Below, piece by piece: positions 11,166 through 24,279 of a stretch of 64,000 nucleotides of DNA. The notes below the pieces were generated by a model that was not told where the DNA came from, searched no databases, and worked only from the letters and a program-made list of their open reading frames with translations. The position numbers were made by a program, and so were the translations under genes. Location of the stretch: the NCBI RefSeq assembly GCF_963921235.1, contig NC_086098.1, positions 237,088,001 to 237,152,000 of the forward strand. Direction: 5' to 3'. The first letter of the stretch is position 1. The number at the start of each line of letters is the position of its first letter. This DNA is from Mobula hypostoma (lineage: Eukaryota).

Positions 11166-13640
11166 ATAGAACATAGAACATAGAATAGTACAGCACATTA
11201 CAGCACTTCGGCCCACAAAGTTGTGCCGACCCTCAAACACTGCCTCCCATATGACCCCCCACCTTAAATTCCTCCATATACCTGTCTTGTAGTCCCTTAA
11301 ACTTCACGAGTGTATCTGCCTCCACCACTGACTCAGAGAGTACATTCCACGCACCAAACACTCTCTGAGTAAAAAACCTTCCTCTAATATCCTCCTTGAA
11401 CTTCCCACCCCTTACCTTAAAGCCATGTCCTCTTGTATTGAGCAGTGGTGCCCTGGGGAAGAGGCGCTGGCTATCCACTCTATCTATTCCTCTTATTATC
11501 TTGTACACAACTATCACGTCTCCTCTCATCCTCCTTCTCTCCAAAGAGTAAAGCCCTAGCTCCCTTAATCTCTGATCATAATGCATACTCTCTAAACCAG
11601 GCAGCATCCTGGTAAATCTCCCCTGTACCCTTTCCAATGCTTCCACATCCTTCCTCTAGTGAAGCGACTATCCTTGAGTCGACTTTACTTCTCTAAATGT
11701 TTGTAGATCCTATCCTTAAGAATCCTATCCAGTAGTTTACATACCACCGACGTAAGACTCACTGGTCTATAGTTCCCAGGATCCTCCCTATTACCTTTTT
11801 TAAACAAGGGAAATACAAAGTACATTTGCCGTTCTCCAACCCTCCGGCACCTCCCCTGAAGCTAAAGAGGATTCAAAGATCATAGATACTGCTCCAGCGA
11901 TCTCTTCTCTCACTTCCCACAGCAACCTGCGGTATATCACGTCTGGTCCTGGGGACTTATCAATCTTGATGTTTTTACGAAGATCAAACACTTCTACTTC
12001 CTTAATCTCCACATTGTCCAGCACACAGGCCTGTTCTATTTCGATCTCACCCTGATAGATGTCTTTTACACTTGTGAATACTGAAGCAAAGTATTCATTT
12101 AGGACCTCCCCAACCTCCACCGCCTCCAGGCACGTGTTGCCTTCTTTATCCTTTAGCGGCCCCACCTTCATTCTTGTCATCTTTCTGTTCTTCACATACG
12201 CATAGAACGCCTTGGGGTTTTCCTTAATCCTACATGCCAAGGCCTTCTCATACTCCCTTCGAGCTCTCCTAAATCCTTTCTTAAGCTCAATCATGGCTAC
12301 CCTATAATTCTCATGAACCCCTCCTGCTTCCTGCTTCTTATATCTAACCTATGCTTTCTTCTTCCACTTGACGAATTGCCTCACGTGTTTCGTCAGCCAC
12401 GATTCCCTTTTCCTACCATTTTTCCCTTGTCTCAGTCGGACAAACCTATCCTGAACCCAGCACAAGTGGTCCTTAAAATTCCTCCGCGATATTTCTGTGC
12501 TTTTACTCTTGAAGATCTGTTTCCAATTTACTCTCGCTAATTCCAGCTTCATCCCTTCGTAGTTAGCCCTTCCCCAGTTTCACACTTTCCCATTTTGTCC
12601 GTTTTTTCCCGTTTTCCATAGCTATACTGAAGCTAATGGAGTTGTGGTCACTCTCACCAAATGCTCCCCCACTAAGAGGCCTGCCACCTGACCAGGTTCA
12701 TTACCCAGAACTAGATCCAATATGGCCTCTCCTCTCGAGGCCTGTCCACCAACTGTGTCAGGAATCCTTCTTGAACACACCTGACAAATTCAGCCCCATC
12801 TATGCCCCTTGCAGTCAATATGAGGGAAGTTGAAATCACCCATAGCTACAACCCTGTATTTCCTGCACCATTCTAAATTCTGCCTGCTTACCTGCTTCTC
12901 GGTATCCCGAGGGCTATTTGGGGGCCTATGGACTACTCCCAGCGCAGCGATTGATCCCTTCCTATATCTGACGTCCACCCAAACCGATTAGTGGATACTC
13001 CCTCTGCAGCGTCCTTCCTTTATATAGCTGTGATACTACCCTGACCAGCAATGCTACTCCCCCCCGACCTTTTCTACCTCCCATTCTATTCCTTTTAAAA
13101 CACCTAAACCCCGGTACCTGCGTCAGCCAGTCTTACCCTTACTCCAGCTAAGTTTCAGTAACGGCCACAACATCGCAGTTCCACTTACTGATCCATGCTC
13201 TAAGTTCATCCCCTTTTTTCCTAATACTCCTAGCGTTGAAATAGGCACATTTCAACTTCTCGAACTGGCTATATTTATGTTTTGTCCCCTGCCCGTCCTT
13301 TCTCGCCAACTCAGAACACATAGCATCATGCCCTTGTCCTTCTACCCTAATCTCTGCACTCACATTCTGATTCCCACCCCCTGCCAAACCGGTTTAAACC
13401 CTCCCCAGCAGCTCTAGCGAACCTGCCCGCCAGGATATTGGTCCCTTTCCAGTTCAGGTGCAGCCCGTCCTTTTTGTACAGGTCAAACCTTCCCCAGAAG
13501 AGGTCCCAATGATCCAGAAACCTGAATCCCTGCGCCCTGCACCAACTCTTCAGCCAGGCATTCATCTGCTATGACTTACTGTTCCTACCCTCTCTGTCTC
13601 AGTGCATGGGGAGCAATCCCGAGATTACCACCCTGATGTC
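11166..13640 (-). mobile_element. CR1 LINE, internally deleted (esterase ORF1 end, APE endonuclease, 3' end; RT core missing)
   Basis: SGNH-type esterase residues FWGRFDLYKKDGLHLN (13347-13565), the endonuclease start YFNARSI and DKSPGPD. The sequence then jumps to the C-terminus near 11670. The (TTCTATG)-type tail is at ~11166-11185. Confidence 0.88.
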
Positions 13641-14574
13641 CTGCTTTTTAACTTCTTTCCTAACTCTCTCTATATAGAAGTATTTATAGAAGCATTTCTT
13701 TACTCATTTGATGACTCCTGCCATGTAACTCCAGCAAGAAGACATAGGGTAAATGCATCGGTTAACGACGAAAATTGCAATGTATCAGGGGAACATGAAG
13801 GGGAATTTCTTTCACTCAGAGGACGTTGAGAGTGTGAAACAAGCTGCCAGCGGAAGATTTGGCCGGTTGTCCGATTTCAAAAGTAAAGAGAAATTTGGAT
13901 ACGTAAATTGAATGGAATGGTATGGAGGGCTGTGGCAGGTCGATGGATCTAGACAGATTAATAGTTATTAATAGTTTAACACGGACCAAATAGGTCTAAG
14001 GGCCCGTTTCAGTGCTGTTGTACTCTATGACTTTATGACAGGCTGTGTTTAGTTTACTGAGATCCTTAAAATTCTAAGCATCCAGGTAATTCTCTCCCTA
14101 TCTTATCACACACGATTTGGCATTTGTACCGTTGTGTTTCTGTATCTTAATATAGAGACGTCTATTATTTTAAACAATCTGTAAATTTCTTGAGATCCCC
14201 CTCGAGATCCGTCAACGATGCAAAGAACGTCTGTCCTTCTCATCTTAAATGAACTCTTAGACAGCAAATAATATTGCGGAATCTAGCTAGAAACCCCATT
14301 AGAAAGGTAGTCCAGTACAGCAAGAATGTTTTAATATTGAAGTTGCATTTTTTCTTCGCACTTCAGGCCTAAATTGGACGACTTGGCATTTGGCTCTGTT
14401 GAACGTACCTACCACAACATTCCCGACTGCAAACTTCCTTCAATTTGCATCTTATTGATGGTATCAACATTGCAAATAACATAAACATTCTTTATTTGAT
14501 TGCATGTGTTTGCGCCAGTTTACATAACGTAAAAATGCCTGATGACAGTGGCTCCGAGTACGGACATTGTGACA

Positions 14575-14820
14575 TACACACAAGAGATTCTGCAGATGCT
14601 GGAAATTCAGAATGCTGGAGGAACTCAGAAAGTCAGGGAGCAGCTGTGTAATAAATGACCAATTGACGTTTGTCGAGAGAATAAAGTGTTGAGGTTTTGG
14701 ACGAGACCCTTCATCAGGAGTTCTGAGGAAGTGTCTCAACCTGAAACTTCGACTTATTATTCCTTTACAACGATGAACCAACCTACTGATTTCCTCCGAA
14801 ACTTCGTGTGTGTTATTGCG
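14575..14820. mobile_element. Penelope-derived inverted-repeat element with decayed hammerhead cores
   Basis: The arms (aatgctggaggaactcag...; gagacccttcatcag / ctgaggaagtgtctc...gaaac) are the same family as the Penelope terminus at 52980-53075. Confidence 0.6.
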
Positions 14821-15419
14821 AGATACAGTTGTCCCATCCCAGGGAAACCCCACTCGTAAAGTTGAGTTTGGTCTCATTGGGACCCAGTTACTCTCGCTGA
14901 GCCTGCAGATCTGTGTAACACTGCAGCGCTAATTGACCAGTGTCTCGACGTTTACCCTGCTGGGCCAGACCAATGTGGCACTGTACGGATCAGACTGCTG
15001 TTGACCAGGACGTGGAATCTGCAGTACCAGGTGTGCTGCAGAATCGCAACATCAGCCAATATGAACCATTCCTCTCACACCTCTCCGCTGTTCTGTGCTA
15101 TGACCGGTTGCGAGACAGTATGTGTAAGCTGTTTTAATTGAGTCAAGTCACAGGTTTTCCATCCTCTTTATAGTCGATTCAGAATCTTGTCTATCAGCGC
15201 CTGCACCTCTCATTTCCTTAAACTCCAGGCATTTTGGCGACTATCTCTCAGGCTGTCCTTCTGGGTCATTTCTCTCCTTTAGGAAGTAAAGGCCACACGA
15301 TCAGCAGGCTCAGTTGGACCCGAAGACCAAACCTGTTTCCTGTATGGACAGGCGGTCTCCCAACGACACGTGGCGATTACAATCTTCCGCCCTCAAAATG
15401 CCTGGTACAGGCTAGCATT

Positions 15420-16220
15420 TGCTTCCCTCATAGATGTTTCAAAGGTTTCAAAAGTTTCAGAAGTTTCAAAGGTGCATTCAATGTCAGAAAAATGTATACA
15501 ACATACATCTTAAAATTCTTTTTTTCACAACCTTCCACGAAAATAGAGGAGAGCCCCAAAGAATGAATGTTAAATGTTGGAACCCCAAACTCCGCCCAGG
15601 TCTCCCCACCCACGCATAAGCAACGGCAAAGCGACGATCGCCCTCCCCCAACAGCAACAAAGCATCTGTACCCACCACCGAGCACTTAGCGTGCAGCAAA
15701 GCATCAATAAAGACACAGACTTGCAGTACCCCAAAGACTATTCGTTCACCCGGTAATTCGACATACCACAGGTTCTCTCTCTGTCTCTCTCTCCCCCCTA
15801 ATAAGAGAAAAACATGAGCCCCGTTTTACAGCGAGGGGGCGACATAACGAGCAACTCGGTGATTTACGATATTAAAAGTCTGTTGCGTCGCTTTTCGGAG
15901 CTCTGTGCACAAAAAAAGTCGTGTCTCTAGGCACACAGCCAGCAGCCAGCTTGCTGCTTTCGATCTACCATGTACTCCCACGCCACACCAATTTCTTGCG
16001 GAGTCACCGACCTCGAGCCCGCCCGCCATCAGAGCCACGAAATCCCGGAACCCTGAAGGTGCGCTCGTCTTTTAGACCGCGTCCTTGGTATATTGAGGTC
16101 GTGAGGCACCGAGAGGGGGTCCCATTCCCGCAAAGAACCGAAGTCAGCGTGTACCCCAGGTCAGAACCCTGAAAAGGAAAAATAGAGACCTTAAAGAAAG
16201 ACGATGCAAGCAAAGGAGTC
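15420..16220 (-). mobile_element. Unclassified interspersed repeat, probably a non-autonomous retroelement
   Basis: It has a short tandem (AAAGTTTC)-like tail at 15440-15470 and a GC-richer body with no recognisable domain. The classification is inference only. Confidence 0.3.
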
Positions 16221-17741
16221 GCCGTTAAGCTCCTAAACTCCTAAGATGTTGTATGGATGTAAAAGATTCCTGTGTTAAGAACCAGCCAAGAAGATATTTG
16301 ATCCTTAATTTTATTGGTTGTCATAAATTTAAAGTTTTTTTCTTTCCATTTCAGTCGTTATAATAAATAGTATTTCCCAGTGGGCCTTGCTGTGTCTCAC
16401 TGATAACGAACCATCACACTATACTCTCCCTCTGTTTGATACCAAATCCGGCATTTAGAATTACTTTGTTATACAGAACGGAAGTGGACCCCTTGTTCCA
16501 ACTCATCCATGGCAAGCAAGTTGCCTACGTGTGATAATCTCAATTACGTGCGTTTGATTATTGTCACACTAAGGTTTTCATATCAATATACCTGCCCAAC
16601 TGCCTTCTAAACTGCGCAGATTGACCAGCGTTTGCTGTTTCTACCAGCGTATCAGAGATATAACCAAATCAGCGAGGTATTGGATGGTAGCAATATATAC
16701 AGTAGTGGGATCACGGTGGAGGAGTAATACTCATCTATTTCTGTAAAGTAGAACTATTTAATTAATAGAACACTCAATTGTACTCAGTCCCGAACTTGTC
16801 TGAAGGAAAGTGGCGCGTTCTCTCCAGGGACCAGAGGTGAGAGCGATTTCTGAAAAAAAAACACACACGCACACTTTAGTCTGCCACCAAATGCCTTTCA
16901 AAATTTGGACTTCTGCTCGTTGCTTGAGTGACCTGAAGGAGTGAAAGAATTTTACGAATAAGTTCCTTTTCCTCTATGTCGAGAATTAGACGGAGGAGCA
17001 CCGTTAACTTTTTCTGTGTGAATTCACGAAGTTATTATTGCTCTCTTAACAGCTCATTATGAATTTACAGATATAGCAAAAGGGAAGTTAGTTATGGTGA
17101 GATCAGCAGTCTGGATGGGAATGCTGAAAGGATTTTTGCCGGAGTGGGGGGGTGGGGTGCTGTGACTTATGCAGTTCTTAACTGTGATGATTATGCATTC
17201 AACGATCACTTCTGCTCTGTAGAAAGATTGAGCATCACATCAGTCTCAGGATCTATCTGGAGGACGTATAGTGTATTCTCCCCATTTGAGATTCCCTAAT
17301 GTTGTAATGCCCTTCTGCCATCTGTTTCTGATATTACAGGCCTGACTTATCATTTTGCCCTGCAGTGCCCAAAACCTGCCACATAATTGCACCTTTTCCT
17401 ATACGGAATTTGGATCCAATGCATTGCTAGCTTAACAGACTTAAGATAAAACTGATCTCAGAGAACGGACCAAGCTAAAGATAGCGCCAGAAGACAACTT
17501 CTCGCATCTTATCAGCGAAACAGTTAAATTGTTCCTATTATAACGTCGCTATTTTAATTTTCAGGGTATCTGGGGTCCTGACAGGATTCCCGTTCTTGGA
17601 GCTCACTGATCGGCCGTGTTTCGATACGTCCAGGGCCGGCATGAAGTCGGAGACCTTCGGCGGCCATGTGGACGCAGATTCTCGCCAGTGTCGCGAAGAG
17701 AAGCGACAGCGGCTACTGGAGGGTTCTGCACTTGTTGACCC

Positions 17742-17753
17742 CTCTCTCTCTCT

Positions 17754-17832
<79 letters not shown>
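17742..17832. repeat. (CT)n microsatellite
   Basis: Near-perfect CT dinucleotide run. Confidence 0.95.
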
Positions 17833-17834
<2 letters not shown>

Positions 17835-17918
17835 AATGGTGAGGGTGTGTTTGCTGCCGATTCACGCGTCGAACTCGAACTGAGAAGCAATGAAGGAGCG
17901 ATATCTGTCTCTCTATTG

Positions 17919-18791
17919 TGTTATGTACCGCTAGGGTTCATATTTTCTGTGGACTGTCACTTTAAAAAGTCGGGAGAATGAATCTTGGACACTGTTTGAG
18001 CTGTTACAGAGCGACAGAGGGACGAAGCCTGCCTTGAGATGGTGTTTATACGAAGTCTAAAGCGTGCTTACACTTACACAAGGACGCTGCCTGCCCGTGA
18101 GTTCTTACACAGAGACAGACAGAGAGAGAGAGAGAGAGCAACGAACAGCTCGTGGTCGCCATGGTGACCGAGGGCGGTGTTATTTGATGGACAGCTGGTG
18201 GTCAGCATGCTTAGATAAATACAAGGTCAGCTAGTTGTTAGCCAGACACACATGGTTTTGGACACTGGATGAGCTATGTGTGCCCACAGAAAGGTGGGTT
18301 TTGGAGGATCGATCGGGAGAATCGATCAGTGGCTCTCGCAGTGTGGAAAAGGAGTGACCGGTGGGAAGTTATCAGTGTGTCCAACTGTTGCCTGGGTTGA
18401 TAACTTTAACACAGAAGATGGTCTCCTTTTTGTGGTCACATTCGGTGACTTTAAAGGATTTCGGAGGACAACAGAGGATCGACGGCATCGGCTTACTCGG
18501 TCAATCACAACACCTCTCTCTCTCTCCATCATTACTCAACTCAATAACATAAACTGAACTAACATCATTTACCCATCATCGAAAGACTGTATCCATCTAG
18601 CTCCTAAGCTTGAAGAAGCTTTGCTTTTATATATTTCCACACTTATATATGCATGAACTCTGCTAACCTGATTTATATGGTTATATATTACTGTATTGCG
18701 TCGTTACTAATAAAATAGCTTATGTTAACAGCAATACCAGACTCCAGCTGTTTTCCATTTCTGCTGGTTCCGTCTTGCCTCACTGGTTACA
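17919..18791. mobile_element. Solo LTR related to 5633-6458, opposite orientation
   Basis: 18240-18790 matches the reverse complement of 5640-6200 (e.g. catggttttggacactg, ggaggatcgatc, actgtattgcgt-gttactaataaa). It starts TGTTATGTACC. No clean TSD was found. Confidence 0.75.
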
Positions 18792-18999
18792 TTCCTAAAC
18801 TCATAAGATCGGGGCAAGGGATGTGAGATGATGATTGCCTGTATATATTCCATTTGTATCTGTCCTAATGATAAGGTGTGGCACATGATCTGGACAACAC
18901 TCAAGCAAGGCTGGTGGGAGGAAGCATCATTAACACTGCACACTGTAACTGTAGTGTGAATTTTATCTGCTCCACAACACTTCCCCGAGTCTTTTCATT

Positions 19000-20430
19000 C
19001 AACAGACAGTGTGTCTACCAGCCTGTGATTGGTCAATCCGCACTTGGATATTGCGAGCAATTTGGAACCCTTATCTGAGATAGGGTGCGTTGGCATTGGA
19101 GATGGTCAAGAGGAGGTTCACAAGAATAAGCCTGGGAATAAAAGGTTTAATGTATGAAGATTGGGGTAGGGGGTGGGGGGGGGCGGGCGGTTGGGGATAT
19201 CTCCTTGACACGTATCGAATATGGAAAGGTCTAGGAAGTGTTACGTACCCCGTAACTGGGTTGCCAAACCAGCAGAAATGGATCACTCAGTTGGAGTCTG
19301 GAGTACTAGAACTAAGAAAGTTTTATTAAAGAAACAAGCAACACATTAATCGAAAGGATAATAAATGCAACAGTTCAGCGATGATAAACGCACATGTGCA
19401 CAGAATTAAGATAACAGCATCAATCAAGCTCTATCGTTGTCTAGGGGTAAATGACCAATTTCAAAATGACTCAAAGTTCAGTCCAGTTAGTAGTTCAGTT
19501 CGCAGTAATCGTTGCCATGGCGGTGGACAACGTGGGGGAAGAGAGACAGAGAGAACAGGAACAACTCATCATTCAGAACGGCTTCACTCACAGACCAGCG
19601 AGATGGCTCACCAACAGCTTTTGGGCGGGTCCTTGGTGATGTCACCTGAGGTCACCGACTGTGACCCCTCCTCCAGATGCGGTCGATCCTCTGCAGTGAA
19701 CCCGGCACCCAGGCAAGGGCGGACACACACCGGGTTCCCGCTGATCGTACCTTTCCACCCTTGCCATGCACTTCTCACCCACTCGTGAGAGGCGCACCGC
19801 TTCCAGGGTCTCGTTACCTCGGGTGGCGTGTGTGTCTGTCTTAGCGAACCTGTCCCTTTTTATCCCCCTGCTGGGGTATCGCCTGTCCATCACTTCAAAC
19901 AGTTCAGGGTTCAAAGGGGGGAGCCGCTCCAGACAGCTCTTCCTCCCACATCCCTTCATTACACATCTCCAGACGCTGCTCCATTGTTCCTTATCTCTCC
20001 TTCCCCTGAGGGCAGGTGGCAGACCAACTGCTGATGCCACTGATGCTAGCCCAGGCCAGCAAACATCTTAATTTTATGTGTATTCTCGTAACAGAAGAAG
20101 GGATGTGGAGAGAATATATCCTAAATTAGGGGAGTCTAGGACCAGATGAACATCCTCAGAATAGAAGGAAATTACTTTAGAACACTGTTGTTGAGATATA
20201 CCGTCAGAGATTGGCGAATCTATGGAGATTATTGCCGCAGTCATCTGTGAAGCCCATGCCGTTGGGTATATTTAAAAGAACAGTTGATAGGTTCATGATT
20301 AGTTAGGACATCAAACGTTCTGGAGAGAAGGCAGGAGAATTGGGTTGAAAAGGATAATAAAGCAGCCATTATGAAATGGCGAGCAGTCTTGATGAGCCTA
20401 ATTGTCTAAACCTGCTCCTATGTCTTCTTT
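19000..20430 (+). mobile_element. Degenerate CR1 3' end split by a solo LTR
   Basis: CR1 C-terminal coding sequence and 3' UTR continue on both sides of 19239-20093. Confidence 0.75.
19239..20093. mobile_element. Solo LTR with 4-bp TSD GAAG
   Basis: TGTTACGTACCCCGTAACTGGG...TCTCGTAACA, with GAAG at 19235-19238 and 20094-20097. It is highly similar to 51826-52688. Confidence 0.92.
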
Positions 20431-20829
20431 GTCACCTCCAGTACTCATCCTCCATATCATCATTCAACAGTTGTTATTGAGCAGAAAGTGTGAGATGTTG
20501 AATTTTGGGCATTCAAATTAGAGTATGGGCTATATATTGAATAGCAGCGCGGTGTGGTGGACCTGAGACCTGGCAGTATAAGTGCAAAGTTCGCTGAAAG
20601 CACTCGTTTAAACAATTTATCGATCCTCAAAATCATCGAACTCCGTAACTGTTGCTTGACGCACTGAGTACTTCCAGCATTCTGTATTTTCCTCGATGTT
20701 TTAAGTAAGCTTCCAAAATACTCTTCAATAGTAATATAGATCTAGACATCTGTTACGCGGAGATGTTCCAGACGTCTCCATAGTATATTTGTAAAACTTT
20801 GCTAAAGTCGTTGTAGTTATAGCACATTT

Positions 20830-21410
20830 CCTGAACCCACTAATGAAATATAGCCGGTTTTGTTGCTGCTTTGCAATTGGGTCAATGTGTTAGGCCCAGG
20901 ATAGACCTTTCGAGCTATTGACACTCAGAAACTTAAAACAGCTCACAATTTCCACTATTCATCCCTTGATGAGAACTGTTGTGTGTTCGCTGGACTTTCC
21001 CTGCCTGAGGTCACAGTTAAAACCTTTGACGCTAAGTGCGAGGCTGTTGTTCCGATACCACTCAACCAGCTGTTCTATCTCATTCTTCTACACCTCCTCG
21101 TCACTGCCAACAGTAGATGTGCCCTCGGTAAATTTATAGATGGCGTCAGAGCTTTGCCTCGCCATACATACATGGGTGTAGAGAGAGTAGAGCAATGGGC
21201 GAAGTATGGGTAATTTAGGTGTCCTGTGTTAATGGTCACTGAGGAGGAGATATTATTTCCAATCGCATTGACTGTGGTCTCTAGATGAGGACGTCAGGAA
21301 TCTTGTTGCAAAGGGTGGCACAGAGGCCCAGACTTTTGATGTTGTAGATTAATACTGAGGGTATGATGGGAAAGAACGTTGTGCTGTAATAAATAAACAG
21401 TAGACTTACT
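20830..21410 (-). mobile_element. Rex1/Babar-type LINE RT fragment
   Basis: The reverse complement shows decayed RT-region features (linker sequence, LSPLLYSL, KFTEGT in place of FADDT, NVSKTK-like). Confidence 0.5.
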
Positions 21411-23790
21411 ACTGTTCCCCTAAGAAGCAGGTATACTCCATTGGATACTGCAGTGGTGGGGAATTGACCTATCGGGGCACAGTAGCATCAACCTGGCCAG
21501 TTGCACTGTGTCGGTGTCTGAAGCGTAGCAGGGAGGGGTAAATTCAGGTAGAGTGGCAGTGATAGGAGTCTCTATATTTATAGGGACTGACAGGAAAATC
21601 TGCTGCCGCGACTGAAAAGACAGGATGGTGTGTTTCTTCCCCGGTGCTTGGGTCCAGGATGTATCAGTGCGGCAGCAGAAGACTCTCTAAAGGGAGCAAG
21701 AGTAGCCAAAGATGGCGGTGCACATGGACCCCAATGAAATAGTAGAATGAAGATGTTCTCCCCAGTGATCATAGGGATTTAGGGAAAATGCTAAAGAACA
21801 GAAGCTTCAAACTAGCAATCTCTGGATTACTCAAATTCCATGTGCTGATCAAGGCAAGAATACGAAGATTGGTTAGATGAATGAGTGCCTGGGAAAGTGG
21901 TGCACGGAGTAGCAGTTCCGAATTCTGGATCATTGGGATTTCTTCTGGAGAGGTAATGACCTGTACAAAAAGGAACGTTTACGCCTGATTCCGAGAGGGT
22001 AGGTTTGGTAGTGCTTTTGGGCGGGGGGGGGGAGCGGGGGGGTGACTGTGTTTTAAACTAAGTTGGCAGAGGGATAGGAACCGAACTATTCGGGCTGACG
22101 ATGGGGTATACAAGTCGGTGTAGTGTGTAGTGTGAGGTCTGAGGATGGACCGGAAGATCAGAGGCGAAATTTGCAGTAAGCACGACGAGATGAAATGTAG
22201 CTTGGCACCAAAATCTAACGGGGTAATAGATGAAGGTAGATGATCATGAAGCGCAGTTAGAGATTGGTAGGTATAACGTTGTGGGTATCATTGACACATA
22301 GCCAAAAGAAGAGTTTAATGTCCAAGAAGACACCTTCTATCAAACGGACAGGCAAGTATACAGCAAGGGTGCAACGACACCATTGTTTAAAAAAATGAAA
22401 TCAAATCCTTAGAAAGTGGTGACCTAGGATTAGAAGATGTCGAATCTTTATGGCTACAGTTAAGAAACAGCAAGGTGAAAAAGTTCCTGCTGGGAATATA
22501 TTCAGGCTCCGACAAGTAACCAGGATGACGGATATGAATTTCAATGGGAAATAGAAATGGCATGCATAAGAACAATGTTACGACTACCATGTGGGATATC
22601 AGTGTGCAGGTAGATTGGAAAAATCATGTTGCTGCTAGAACCCAAGAGAGGGAGTTTCTAGAATGCTTAGGAGATGGCTTTTAGAGCAGCTTGTGGTTTA
22701 ATCCTTTCGGGAAATGAGCTGCCAGGGCAAGTGCTGAATATGAACTCAATTTCACAATTTAGGAGAAGTTTCGATAGCTACATGGATGGCAGGGGTGTGG
22801 TGGCCTATAGTCCGGCTGCAGCTCAATGGGACTAGCTAGTTTAAATGGTTCATCACAGACTAGATTGGCCGAAGCTCCTGTTTCTGTGCTGTACTTTTCT
22901 ATGACCCAATGACTCCACCTAATGAAGTAGATATGATTAGGCAGCTTAGGGAATAGGAACTCTTGGGAGGCAGTGATCATAATGTGATGGAATTCACCAC
23001 GCAGTTAGGGAGGGAGATGATAGAGCCAGGTATATCAGTACTATGCGGACTAAAGGGAATGACAAAGGTGTGAGAAAGAGGCTGGTCAGTATAGATTGGA
23101 ATAGGACACAAGCAGGAAGGAAGGCAGAACAGCGATGTCTGGCGTTTCTAAGAGCAAATTGCAAGACGTCGGACAGCTACAACCCAAAGATGAACAAGTA
23201 GGTTAAAGAGAATATGAGACAACCGTCTGTAACATGGGAAGTCAAAGACAACATAACAACAACAGGGAGGGTACGTAATATAACAAAAAAAAGTAGTGAG
23301 AAGTTCGAGGATCTGAAAGATTTTAATTACCAGCAGAAAGAAGGTAACTGAAAAAAGAACCATAATGAGAGAAAGGGTGAAATATGAAGGTGAGGTAGCC
23401 AAAATAACAACAAGGATCCCAGAAATATTTTTAGATATGTAATAACAAAATAGAGGTGGTAGTGGATATTGTTCCTCGGGAATATACCGTTGGCGAGGGC
23501 GTAATGGGGGACAACGAAATGGCGAATGACAGCGGGTTTTCTATCAGTGTTCACTGTGGAAGACAACAACGGTATGCCAGAAAATCGTGTGTGTCAGAAG
23601 GTTGAAGTAAGTGTACTTGCTATTACTAAGGAGAAGGCAATTGGGAAGCTAAAAAGTCTGAAGGTAGATAATTCACATGACAACGTGGACTACACGCAGG
23701 GTTCTGAAAGAGGCAACTTGAGATTGTGAGGGCATTGGCAATAATCTTTCAAGAACTATTCGGTTCTGGAATGTTAATAGATTTTTAAAA
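21410..23790 (+). mobile_element. Old CR1 LINE, 5' half (esterase ORF1, endonuclease, linker)
   Basis: Decayed VCFPGA/DHWDFFW esterase motifs and endonuclease-region homology to the younger copies in the window. Confidence 0.75.
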
Positions 23791-23950
23791 GTCTCAAAAT
23801 TATATTGCTTACTGAAGTACCCATGGCTGCCGTAGCGCTAAGCGGGGATATTTTACGATTCTCTTCGGAGATACACGCAAAGCGACGCCATTTGTCGGCG
23901 CCAACTTGTAGCATGACGATAAAACATTATACTCTTCAGTGGTGTGAATA

Positions 23951-24279
23951 TACGAGGGGTGATTGATAAGTTCGTGGCCTACGGTAGACGGAGTCAATTT
24001 TAGAAAACCTAGCACTTTTCTTTTTCCTACGTTTACACACTTAGTCCAGCGGTCGTGGAGCATATGGATCCCTTCTCTGTAGAAGTCGGCGTCTTGGACC
24101 TCCAGAAAGTGGTCCACAGCAGGGGTGATTGATATGTTCGTGGCCCAAGGTAAAAGGAGGTGAATTATTAACTTCAAACGTTCTGCATTTTCACTCAAAG
24201 AGTTGAACTCCACGTGCATGTAACAAGAGCTGTATAACTCATCTCCTTCTACCTAAAGCCAACGAACTTATCAATCACG
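23951..24279 (-). mobile_element. Mariner-derived MITE
   Basis: TIR TACGAGGGGTGATTGATAAGTTCGTGGCC at 23951, further TIR copies at ~24122 and ~24245-24279, and the transposase C-terminus AVDHFLEVQDADFYREGIHMLHDRWTKCV. Confidence 0.8.

Noticed and set aside
14866-15141. About 90-codon stop-free Cys-rich frame in non-repeat-looking DNA
   Set aside because: No recognisable domain or convincing splice sites. The length is within chance expectation.
17596-17890. ORFs with (SL)n or (ER)n runs, and similarly those at 8069-8390, 31890-32171 and 32391-32703
   Set aside because: They are translations of microsatellites.
23534-23558. RSS-like GGGTTTTCT-9 nt-CACTGTG
   Set aside because: The spacer is 9 nt, not 12 or 23. 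It lies inside CR1 coding sequence with no J segment after it. The other CACAGTG/CACTGTG sites I checked (e.g. ~4760, ~33892, ~53474, ~56765) lack a nonamer at the right spacing.
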